DNA of 64,000 nucleotides from Phycisphaerales bacterium (GTDB lineage Bacteria; Planctomycetota; Phycisphaerae; Phycisphaerales; UBA1924): NCBI GenBank assembly GCA_050730675.1, contig JBOHNM010000002.1, positions 1,395 to 65,394 of the forward strand, read 5' to 3'. Shown piece by piece: positions 38,514 to 50,784 of this stretch (position 1 is its first letter; each line of letters starts with the position of its first letter). The notes under the pieces were generated by a model. It saw only the letters and a program-made list of their open reading frames with translations, ran no database searches and was not told where the DNA came from. The position numbers and the translations under genes were made by a program.

Positions 38514-41500
38514 CTACTTCGTGAGCGCGTCCCGCACGGTGGCGAGCCACGCATCGGCGGGTAGGGCGTAGGGGCGGAATTTCTCGAGCAGGCCCTGCTC
38601 CTCGCTGTAGAACAGCGCGCGGGCGGCGCCCAGGTTGGCCGCGGCGGGGGAGTCGATCAGGTTGCTCGAGTCGCCGCCGTTCATCTGGAAGAGCACGCGT
38701 CCGTCGAACTCGCGGACGATTGCGCGGGGGAGCTGGCGTTCAAGGTTGGTCGCGGTGTCGCACCACATCAGCGTGTGCATGCCCGAGACCGGCCCCTCAC
38801 GCAGAAGGGAGGCGAGGTGCTTGTCGGGGCTGGTGGCCGCGGCGTCGCCGGAGCCGAAGCTGAAGTCGTCCTCGCTCTTGCGCAGGTTGCGGAAGCGGTG
38901 CAGGCCGTTGATGACGAGGTAGACACTCGGCGCATCGGTGCGTCCGTCGAGCTGCCGTGTGGCAAGTTCAAGGCCGAGTTCATCCATGATCGCGGGGACA
39001 TCGCGGTAAGGGACGATCTTGACCTGCGCTCCCGTCACGCCGGCGACGCGGTCGAGGTATCCGGCCAATGCGGAGTCAGCGGGGGTGCCGTCGAAGAGGT
39101 AGAACTTCGCGGCCTTGTCGCCCTTGGGCTGCTGGGCTGCGAGTGAGACCATGGCGGTGGCAAGCAGGCCCGCGGCGGCCTCGTCACGCTGGCCGACGAT
39201 GAGCAGGTTGCTGGCCGACTGGCGGCGGAAGACCATCGCCGAGGGGTCTTTGATCGAAACGGCCTCGCCGAGCCAGGCGCGGGCGGCGATCGGCGGCGTG
39301 GTCGGGCGGTTGGTGAGGGCGGCGGCGAGAAGCCGGTTTTGCTCGATGAGCGCCGGGGCCGAGCCTTCGAAGACGACGGGGGCTTCGAGGGGGGCACGCA
39401 GGGCGGTGTTGCGGACGGCCTCGTGGATTGCGTCGAGGCGCTCTTCACGCTCTTGGTCGGAGAGCCAGACGATCTGGAAGGGGTTGTTGCCCTCGACCAT
39501 GCCCGACGCGTCGTTGTAGATGGCCTCGCCGGGGCGGTTGAGCAGGCGCGGCGCGGAGTTGTCGTCGCTCATGATGAGGTACGAGTCGGCCTCGCTGCAC
39601 TGCAGAGCGATGCGCACGGCCATCTGGCCGATGGTGCTGCGGGCGAGGCTGAACGCGCCGGCGAGGGTCTGCGAACCGAGGATGACGTGCATGCCGAAGG
39701 CGCGGCCCTGGCGGACGAGGCGGTCGAGCAGGAGGCCGGCTTCCTGCGCGAGCTTGTCGTCCTCGACGAAGAACTCCTGGAATTCGTCAACAATCAGCAG
39801 CGTGCGCGGCATCGCCTGGGAGTTGGGCGAGTTGCGGTAGCCGGCGAGGTCCTGCACGCCGACGGTGCGGAAGAGTTCGCCGCGGCGTTTGAGTTCGGCG
39901 TCGAGCTTGCGGAGGACCGAGAGGCCGAACTCGCGCTCGCTCTCGATGGCGATGACGCGGGCGTGGGGGAGGCCGTGTGTGGCGTAGGCCTTGAACTCGA
40001 CGCCCTTCTTGAAGTCGATCAGGTACAACTCGACCTGGTCGGGGGAGTACCACAAGGCCGCGTTGGTGATCATCACGTGCAGCAGCGTGGACTTGCCCGA
40101 GCCGGTGCGGCCGGCGATCAGTGCGTGCTGGGCGGTGCCTTTGCCGAGCACCAGCGGCTGCAGCTTGGTCGCGCCGGCCTTGCCGAGCGGGATGCGGAGT
40201 TCCTTGGAACTGTCGCCGCACCAGATCTGGCCGGGGGGCGGCTCGACGGCCGTAAAGGGGACTTCAACTTTCGCGGCCGAGCGGGCGGCGGCGCCGATCG
40301 CGTTCATCGTGGCGGTGAAGGCGGCTTCGTCGGCGAGAGCTGCGGGGCGATCGAGTGTGAGGGGCAGCTCGGCAAACTCGGGTGTCTCCGGGGCGAATCG
40401 CCCATTCTTGTGGACGAGCTTGAGAGCGCCGCGTTCGAGGTCCGCCGAGGCGAGGCCCTGAGGAAGGCGGAGCTTGGCGTCCCAGCCGAGGAGCGTGTAA
40501 ACGCCGCAGCGCGGGCCGGAGGCCAGGATGCTGGCCAGCCGCTTGGCGGAGGACTCGTTGAAGCCGGAAGGAAAGTCGGCGATGACGACGAAGCGGTAGG
40601 GCTCGGCGACCTCGCCGGCCTGGCGGTTGTACGCCTCGATATCGGGGAACTCGTTGCGCAGGTACTTCTGGATCACGTCCTCCATGTGCTGCGTGATGTC
40701 CGTGAGCTTCTGCTCGATGTGGCGAGGCTCGGTCCAGATGCGTTCGCCGACGAGCGAGCCGCCGGCGGTGTCCTCGAACTCGGCCAGGTGCATGAACCCG
40801 GCGAAGCTCTCGCCGAGGCCGACAGGATCGATGATCGTGAAGCGGACTTTGCCCGGTGGGAACGTCGAGAGCAGCCGGAGCATCGTGGCACGGAGCTGGG
40901 CGATCGACTGTGTGCGGTGCTCGTGCGGCGAGTTCATGACGAGCGAGCCGCGCTGGGGGAGTTCCAGCAGCGCGGGGAGGGAGAGCTGTGTCGGGCTGGG
41001 CCATGTGAGACGCTCATCGGCGGGGAGGCCTGCTCCGAAGATCTTGAGATCGAGGGCGTAGCGACCGACGGGGAGGACCTGCGGCGCCATGCGGGGCCAC
41101 TGGTGCGATGGATCGAGGACGTCCGCTTCGGGCGCGGTGGCGCGGGTTGCGAGGTCGTCAATGGTGGTGAGCGCCCCGGCGACGGAGCCTGACCGGGCGA
41201 TCCAATCGGCGCGGAGTGCCGCCCAGTCCGCCTCGTATTTGGCACGAGCCTCGGTGGAAGCGGCGGCGTGCCATTGGTCGATGGCTTCAGCCTCGCTCGC
41301 GTGGGTTTGCTGAGCCGCGGCCAGACGCTGGTCGTACTGGCCCTGGGCCTGCTCGGCCCGCGCGGAACGCTTGGCGCTCGCATCGGAAAGGGCGAGATCG
41401 CAGGCGGCCTGGAGTTTGGAGAGATGCAGGTCCCGCTGGCGGCGGGTCTCGCCGATGACGCCCGCGTGCTTCTCCTTGGCGGTTTTCACCTCGGTCTGGA

Positions 41501-42566
41501 AGCGGTCGAAAATCTGCTGCTTCTGGCGGGCGCGGCGGTCAACGGCCTCGGCGCTGGCCTGCCCATGCAGGCGCCGCGCATCGGCGAGCACGGCGGCAAG
41601 CGGGCGAGCAGCTTCGGCGGCGCGGCGACGGACGGAGCCACGGATCCAGAGGAGGATGGCGCCGGCGAGCAGGACGCCTGCACCCGCGCCGATCGCCAAC
41701 GAGCGGTCGATAGCCCAGTGGTTGATTGCGCCGGCAATGGTTGCGCCGAGCACGGCGCCGACGAACACAATGGCGGCAGGTGCCAGTCCTGCAAACAAGC
41801 GGGCGCCCTTCACCGCGCCCAGCCTCATCAGTTCCTCGCGGGCGCGGGAGATGGATTCCACGAGCGCGGGCACGGAGTTGACCTCGGGTGCCGCTTCGGT
41901 CGTCTGGTCGGCGGCAGGTGCGGCTGCAGTCGTGGGTGTGGCGGTGTCAAGCGGACCGACAAGTGTGCTGAAGGCTGGGAGGCGGTTGCGCGCCAGCCAT
42001 GCGGAAGCGTGCGACTGGATCATCTCGATCTCGCCCGATCGCGCTGCGAGTTCGCCCTTGGACTGCTCACGGGCAGATTTGCTCTTGGCGTTGTCGGTGT
42101 CGCGGCACGTCTCCGCGAACCATCCCGCGTCCTGGAGTTCCTTGTTGGCCCGTGCGACCGTGACCTCGGCCTTCTCGGCGACGATGCTCGATTCCTTTTG
42201 ACGCGAGGCGCGGGCGGAACCGATCTTCACTTCAGCCTCGGCGTTTAGCTCAGCGGTCGCGGCGGCGAAGGTGTCTTCGGCGGCTCGCGTTTCCTCACCC
42301 AAGCGGGTGGCTGCGCCGATGCGGCGTTCGCTCAACTGCCGCTCGATTATCTTTGACCGCTCCGACCATGCGGATTCGATCGCAGCAACGCGGGCGTTGG
42401 CATCTTGGAGCAACTCGCGCAGTCGATTGAGCAGCTCGCGCTGACGATCGCCAACACTCGCGGCGCCGTTTCCGGGGGAGCGTCCGACGGTGCCATTGGC
42501 CGCCGGGACATCGGTCGATTCGGTCATTTCGAGGGCGGATTCGTCCATGACTTGGGGAGCGTACAC
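38514..42566 (-). CDS. FtsK/SpoIIIE-family membrane ATPase, EccC/EssC-like architecture
   Basis: ~260 aa of coiled coil, two TM helices (LFAGLAPAAIVFVGAVLGATIAG / AIGAGAGVLLAGAILLW) and a second coiled coil. Three FtsK-like modules follow. Module 1 is degenerate (KVRFTIIDPVGLG...YRFVVIADFP). Module 2 is intact (Walker A GRTGSGKST, Walker B LLIVDEFQ, GMHVILGSQ). Module 3 is degenerate (LLIVGQRDEAAAG...VYLVINGLHRF). Alternative ATG start at 42548. Confidence 0.85.
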   Translation of the reverse strand: MYAPQVMDESALEMTESTDVPAANGTVGRSPGNGAASVGDRQRELLNRLRELLQDANARVAAIESAWSERSKIIERQLSERRIGAATRLGEETRAAEDTFAAATAELNAEAEVKIGSARASRQKESSIVAEKAEVTVARANKELQDAGWFAETCRDTDNAKSKSAREQSKGELAARSGEIEMIQSHASAWLARNRLPAFSTLVGPLDTATPTTAAAPAADQTTEAAPEVNSVPALVESISRAREELMRLGAVKGARLFAGLAPAAIVFVGAVLGATIAGAINHWAIDRSLAIGAGAGVLLAGAILLWIRGSVRRRAAEAARPLAAVLADARRLHGQASAEAVDRRARQKQQIFDRFQTEVKTAKEKHAGVIGETRRQRDLHLSKLQAACDLALSDASAKRSARAEQAQGQYDQRLAAAQQTHASEAEAIDQWHAAASTEARAKYEADWAALRADWIARSGSVAGALTTIDDLATRATAPEADVLDPSHQWPRMAPQVLPVGRYALDLKIFGAGLPADERLTWPSPTQLSLPALLELPQRGSLVMNSPHEHRTQSIAQLRATMLRLLSTFPPGKVRFTIIDPVGLGESFAGFMHLAEFEDTAGGSLVGERIWTEPRHIEQKLTDITQHMEDVIQKYLRNEFPDIEAYNRQAGEVAEPYRFVVIADFPSGFNESSAKRLASILASGPRCGVYTLLGWDAKLRLPQGLASADLERGALKLVHKNGRFAPETPEFAELPLTLDRPAALADEAAFTATMNAIGAAARSAAKVEVPFTAVEPPPGQIWCGDSSKELRIPLGKAGATKLQPLVLGKGTAQHALIAGRTGSGKSTLLHVMITNAALWYSPDQVELYLIDFKKGVEFKAYATHGLPHARVIAIESEREFGLSVLRKLDAELKRRGELFRTVGVQDLAGYRNSPNSQAMPRTLLIVDEFQEFFVEDDKLAQEAGLLLDRLVRQGRAFGMHVILGSQTLAGAFSLARSTIGQMAVRIALQCSEADSYLIMSDDNSAPRLLNRPGEAIYNDASGMVEGNNPFQIVWLSDQEREERLDAIHEAVRNTALRAPLEAPVVFEGSAPALIEQNRLLAAALTNRPTTPPIAARAWLGEAVSIKDPSAMVFRRQSASNLLIVGQRDEAAAGLLATAMVSLAAQQPKGDKAAKFYLFDGTPADSALAGYLDRVAGVTGAQVKIVPYRDVPAIMDELGLELATRQLDGRTDAPSVYLVINGLHRFRNLRKSEDDFSFGSGDAAATSPDKHLASLLREGPVSGMHTLMWCDTATNLERQLPRAIVREFDGRVLFQMNGGDSSNLIDSPAAANLGAARALFYSEEQGLLEKFRPYALPADAWLATVRDALTK

Positions 42567-42584
42567 GCCCCGATCCCGGGGCGG

Positions 42585-42803
42585 TTACGAGGGGGAGCAG
42601 TCGCGCTTGGCGGCGGCCAGCATTTCTCCGATCCGGCCCATCGCTTCCATCGCTGTTCGCACCTTCCCGGGGAACGGTTCGATCACTTCGTTCTTGAAGG
42701 CCTCGGCCGAGTCGTCCTGCCAATACTCGCGGGTGCGGCGCCACTTGGCGTTGAGGACCTCGGTCGCTTCCTTGAGTTTGGCCTGCGCGGCATGGGTGCT
42801 CAT
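42585..42803 (-). CDS. small helical protein with W-x-D...AxxF (WXG100-like) motif
   Basis: 72 aa, with ...REYWQDDSAEAFKNEV... Compare the canonical WXG100 W-x-G-x-x-A-x-x-F. ATGA overlap with the upstream gene. Confidence 0.5.
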   Translation of the reverse strand: MSTHAAQAKLKEATEVLNAKWRRTREYWQDDSAEAFKNEVIEPFPGKVRTAMEAMGRIGEMLAAAKRDCSPS

Positions 42804-43357
42804 GCGGTGGGCTCCGCGGGAGGCGTTCCGTCGGTGCCCACTTCGGGGGAGATGCCTGTGCTCTCGACGGTGGGGGGGGCGATCTGCTGGTAGTCCTCAA
42901 GCGAACTGGCCATTCGGTCCAGGCGCGCAACGGCGAGGGGGACATCGCGCCCAGAGGCGTCGGCCAAAGGCTGGACGGTTGCCTTGTAGAGGATGAACTC
43001 CCGCTCGATCGCCATCGCCCAGCGCTTCACGCTCCGGAGCTTCTCCTCGGCCTCCTCGAAGCGGCGCTTGGCGACATCCAAGTTGATTTTCTGGTCCGTC
43101 GCGCCGGGAGGCAGGTCGCCAATGGCGGTCATCTGGCGGCGATAAAGCTCCGACTTGGCACGCGTGAGCAACTCGGCCCGTTCGCGAACCTGGCGCTGCC
43201 AGTAAAGCGGGGCCTCGGACCGAAGCCAGTGCATGGTGCGCTGAGCATCTGAATCGACATCGGCCAGGGCGTTAGCGCATTCCTGGGCGAAGACGATCAG
43301 AGCGCCCCGCAGGTCGCGCAGCGCATCGACATTGGTGACTCTCGCCTGCTTGCCCAT
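42800..43357 (-). CDS. hypothetical helical protein (185 aa) of the FtsK-like operon
   Basis: Predicted all-helical (heptad-like RAELLTRAKSELYRRQ..., EEAEEKLRSVKRWAMAIEREF). The tail is acidic and Pro/Thr-rich. It starts 3 nt after the upstream stop. Confidence 0.55.
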   Translation of the reverse strand: MGKQARVTNVDALRDLRGALIVFAQECANALADVDSDAQRTMHWLRSEAPLYWQRQVRERAELLTRAKSELYRRQMTAIGDLPPGATDQKINLDVAKRRFEEAEEKLRSVKRWAMAIEREFILYKATVQPLADASGRDVPLAVARLDRMASSLEDYQQIAPPTVESTGISPEVGTDGTPPAEPTA

Positions 43358-43360
43358 GGA

Positions 43361-43633
43361 TCAACGCTGATTGAGGTACTCTTCGATCTTCTCGGCCTTC
43401 TTGACCAGGAAGGGGATCTGCTGGCTCGCCAGGTCATTGAATCGCGACAGCACCTTCATCGTCGTCTCGAACTCGGCGGCGAACTTCTGCTGCTCCTGGT
43501 CGCGCCACGTCTCGGCGAGGTTGTTAAAGCGGCCTTGGAGGGATGTCATCTGCCCCGACAGCCCGGTCGTGAATCGCTTGAGATCTTGGGCAAATCGTCG
43601 CAGTTCATCGGGATCAACAATGGCCTTGGCCAT
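43361..43633 (-). CDS. WXG100-like small secreted-substrate candidate (90 aa)
   Basis: MAKAIVDPDELRRFAQDLKRF...LQGRFNNLAETWRDQEQQKFAAEFETTM...KIEEYLNQR. It has the right size and a two-helix layout with a central W-R-D-x5-F in place of W-x-G. GGAG lies upstream of the ATG. Confidence 0.55.
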   Translation of the reverse strand: MAKAIVDPDELRRFAQDLKRFTTGLSGQMTSLQGRFNNLAETWRDQEQQKFAAEFETTMKVLSRFNDLASQQIPFLVKKAEKIEEYLNQR

Positions 43634-43801
43634 GAGCGGACTCCGTTTGGTATACTCAGAGCATAGCCGATCGTTTCGGGCCACCGAGTGAGGAAACTTG
43701 CACGGCAATTGCCCGGTTTGACATATTTTCCTGTCCAACGGCGACCGTTGTCGCACAATCTCGTACAGAGTCGTTCGCGTGGGAAACACCCGGGGTAGAT
43801 C

Positions 43802-45616
43802 ATGCCGATTTGCGCAGGCTCGTTGGCGGCTGTTGCAGGCCTCCTCACATTTTCCGGCGTCGTTGTTGCGGCTTCCGAGCCGCGCGAGTGCATCACACCC
43901 GAGGGCGTAATGCTGTGCGATCCGGAGGTGCTCTCGAATCCCGCCTTGACGCGCCACCCATCGCACGTGATGGTTCGGGTTGTCCCCGGCGCCGCGGCCG
44001 ACCAAGTCGCCGTCATCCACAAGAACGCCGGGATGACGCGCATCGTCTGGACGTACGAGCTGGTCCCGGGCCTGATGTGTGTGGAGGTCGGCGAGGGCAA
44101 TGTCGATCCGGCGATCAAGGCTTACCAGCAATCGGCCACGGTGATGTACGCCGAGCCGGACTTCGTCCGCCGCGCTTCCGCACAGTCCACGCCCTACGGG
44201 ATCAACCTTGTGTCGGCGCCGTCGGCCTGGACCAATTCGCGCGGTGCGGGCGCGATCGTCGCGGACCTCGACACCGGAATTGATGTCGGTCACCCCGATC
44301 TGCCCACGCCCGCTGCCACATCCTCGTTCATCAGCGGTCAGACTGTCCAGGACGGCAACGGCCACGGCACGCACACCGCCGGGACGATCGCCGCGATCGA
44401 CAACACTGACGGTGTCGTGGGCGTGGCTCCATCAGTGACGCTCCTGGTGGGCAAGGTGCTGGCGGATTCGGGCAACGGGGCCGACTCGGGGATCATCGCG
44501 GGCATCAACTGGGCGCGCACGAACAACGCCGACGTCGTGAGCATGTCGCTCGGCGGCGGCGCGTTCTCGCAGTCATTCCAGGACACGATCACCGCCGCGT
44601 TCAATGCCGGCATGGTGATCGTCGCCGCTTCGGGCAACGACGGAACCGACACGCCGGAGTATCCGGCGTCGTACAACAACGTCATCTCTGTGGCGGCCGT
44701 GGACTCGGCGCGCAACCGGGCGAGTTTCTCGAACTTCGGCCCGACCATCTCGATCTCTGCGCCGGGTGTCAACGTCTTCAGCACCTTCTCGCGATCGGTG
44801 GGCGTCACGACCGCCGTCATCTGGGGCGGAGTCACCAAGACATCCACGACGCTCCAGGGGAGCGGCGTCGGCAACCTCACCCAGCCGGCCGTCTACTGCG
44901 GGCTGGGCAACCCGGCAGACTTCCCGCTGTCTGTCGCGGGCAAGATCGCCCACATCCGGCGCGGCACGCTGACTTTCCAGGCCAAGGTCAACAACGCCAT
45001 CGCCGCGGGCGCGATCGGCGTGGTGGTCTCCAACAACACCACCGGCAACATCACCAACGGCACGCTCAACCAGGCCGTGACGATCCCCGTGGTCGGCATC
45101 ACGCAGGCCGATGGCGACTTCCTGCAGGCCAACGACGGCACCGTTGTCACGATCAACCGCTCGGGCAGCTCCTACGCGACCGAATCCGGCACCTCGATGG
45201 CCTGCCCGCACGTCGCGGGTGTGGCCGGCCTGCTCTTCGGTAAATACCACACCAACCCGGGTCTGACGCCGACGCTCGTGCGCCAGGCGATGGAGCAGAC
45301 CGCGACCGACCGCGGCGATGTCGGCCGCGACGACCTCTATGGCTACGGCGTGGTCAACGCCGCCGCCGCGATGACGTGGCTCGGTCAGCATTTGCCCTCG
45401 CCGTGCCCGGCGGACATCGCGGCAGCCGGCGGCGCGGCCGGCAGCGATGGTCAGGTGACCGTTGACGATCTGGTCTTCTTCCTCAGTGCGTTCTTCGCCA
45501 ACAACACCGCGTCGGCGGATATCGTCGGCGCCGGCGGCAGCGCAGGCTCGGATGGAACCGTTGGTGTGGATGACCTCGTTGCGTACCTCTCGCGGTTCTT
45601 CGCACCGTGCCCGTGA
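43802..45616 (+). CDS. S8 subtilisin-family peptidase with PA-like insert and C-terminal GC-type dockerin
   Basis: Catalytic triad motifs VADLDTGID, HGTHTAGTIAA and SGTSMACPHVAG. The C-terminus CPADIAAAGG..GSDGQVTVDDLVFFLSAFF....GSDGTVGVDDLVAYLSRFFAPCP has paired EF-hand-like repeats bracketed by Cys. Confidence 0.9.
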   Translation: MPICAGSLAAVAGLLTFSGVVVAASEPRECITPEGVMLCDPEVLSNPALTRHPSHVMVRVVPGAAADQVAVIHKNAGMTRIVWTYELVPGLMCVEVGEGNVDPAIKAYQQSATVMYAEPDFVRRASAQSTPYGINLVSAPSAWTNSRGAGAIVADLDTGIDVGHPDLPTPAATSSFISGQTVQDGNGHGTHTAGTIAAIDNTDGVVGVAPSVTLLVGKVLADSGNGADSGIIAGINWARTNNADVVSMSLGGGAFSQSFQDTITAAFNAGMVIVAASGNDGTDTPEYPASYNNVISVAAVDSARNRASFSNFGPTISISAPGVNVFSTFSRSVGVTTAVIWGGVTKTSTTLQGSGVGNLTQPAVYCGLGNPADFPLSVAGKIAHIRRGTLTFQAKVNNAIAAGAIGVVVSNNTTGNITNGTLNQAVTIPVVGITQADGDFLQANDGTVVTINRSGSSYATESGTSMACPHVAGVAGLLFGKYHTNPGLTPTLVRQAMEQTATDRGDVGRDDLYGYGVVNAAAAMTWLGQHLPSPCPADIAAAGGAAGSDGQVTVDDLVFFLSAFFANNTASADIVGAGGSAGSDGTVGVDDLVAYLSRFFAPCP

Positions 45617-45626
45617 TGGGCGGGGC

Positions 45627-46025
45627 TCAGATCCGGCGGCCGGCGCCGAACTCAAGGTCAAGGTACTTCGCGACATAGTCCACGATGCTGAGCGCCTCGG
45701 GGATCTCCGGGTTGTTCGTCGCGCCCATCGGCTCGAAGCGCATGCCTTGGAAGCGCTCCACGGCCTCGTGGATGGTGAGCCCATACTGCAGCGCCAATGA
45801 GAACGCGCGGCAGAATGCCTGGCACATCCCGCTGATCGTCGAGCCTTCCTTGGCGATCTTGATGAAGATCTCACCCGGCCGCCCATCGGCGTGCATGCCG
45901 ATCGTCAGGTAGCCCTCAAGACCGCCGACAACGAACTTGTGCGTAAGGCTCGAGCGCGTGCTGGGGAGCACCTGGCGTGTCGCAACCATCGGGTCTGGCC
46001 CTTTCTCGCTGGCGGCGTCGGACAC
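45627..46025 (-). CDS. TSCPD-domain protein, equivalent to the C-terminal module of class II (B12) ribonucleotide reductase
   Basis: LPSTRSSLTHKFVVGGLEGYLTIGMHADGRPGEIFIKIAKEGSTISGMCQAFCRAFSLALQYG...RFEPMG matches my recollection of NrdJ C-termini. No RNR catalytic body is adjacent. Confidence 0.65.
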   Translation of the reverse strand: MSDAASEKGPDPMVATRQVLPSTRSSLTHKFVVGGLEGYLTIGMHADGRPGEIFIKIAKEGSTISGMCQAFCRAFSLALQYGLTIHEAVERFQGMRFEPMGATNNPEIPEALSIVDYVAKYLDLEFGAGRRI

Positions 46026-46261
46026 GGCTTGCTCCGGGGTGGTGTTCCTGAGCCTACGCCGATCGCCGGGGGTGGTGGGGTACGGGGCGGGGGTGGAGGG
46101 CTCCGGTGCGGTGATGGGCCGCAGCGTTCATATCGGACTCCGCGCCCGGCCCCATGCAATCATCGAACGGGCACGAGGTTTGCCACATATACTGCGTTGC
46201 TGACCGATAGACCCCCGGGATGATCGACCACGGCCCCATTTCGCCCTCGCGACGCTGCCAT

Positions 46262-46573
46262 ATGGGCAGCCTGTCGCTGCTCGTCCTGGTGGCGATGACC
46301 CTTTCGGCGGGGGTTTCCGCCCGCCAGTGGGCCGTGGTTGACCACGCCCGCCCCAGCCTGCCCACCGAGCGGCAGGTGACATACCACCAGACCCAGACGG
46401 TCCAGACCCAGCGGGCCCGGCAGGAGACCCGGCCGGACGTGGTCGAGGCCGTGCAACGGATTTCGTTCCGAACGCAATCACTGCGGCCGCTGTTCGCACG
46501 CTCGCTGGTTGCCGCCGCGCCGATGCCGGTGCGGGTGGGCCTGCTGGATCTGCCGCCTCCGGGCGTGGCCTGA
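46262..46573 (+). CDS. hypothetical small secreted protein
   Basis: MGSLSLLVLVAMTLSAGVSA signal-like N-terminus and high GC3. No family recognised. Weak call. Confidence 0.35.
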   Translation: MGSLSLLVLVAMTLSAGVSARQWAVVDHARPSLPTERQVTYHQTQTVQTQRARQETRPDVVEAVQRISFRTQSLRPLFARSLVAAAPMPVRVGLLDLPPPGVA

Positions 46574-46684
46574 TCCGTCGACACAGCGTTCGTTTCCGTT
46601 CAATCAACATCACTCAAACGCGGACGTGCCGCCGAGCCATTGGCTTGAGCGTGTACGCGACCGCTTGCCTCTCCAGGTGACCCC

Positions 46685-50650
<3,966 letters not shown>

Positions 50651-50784
50651 GCCCACTCCGGGAAGCTGGTGGCTTTCCGGCAACCGTTCGGTTGGCCCTT
50701 TCGTATCGACCGAGGACCCCAGAGGCGGTCCGGGTATCCTTTGCCCGGCCCGCCCCTTGGGGCCTCACTCGGGGAGCCTTTGCG

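Noticed and set aside
43802-45616. Calling the S8 subtilase a bona fide mycosin (MycP)
   Set aside because: It has a signal peptide, a PA-like insert and a GC-type dockerin tail rather than the C-terminal TM anchor typical of mycosins. Linkage to the FtsK-like operon rests only on divergent adjacency, so it is annotated generically.
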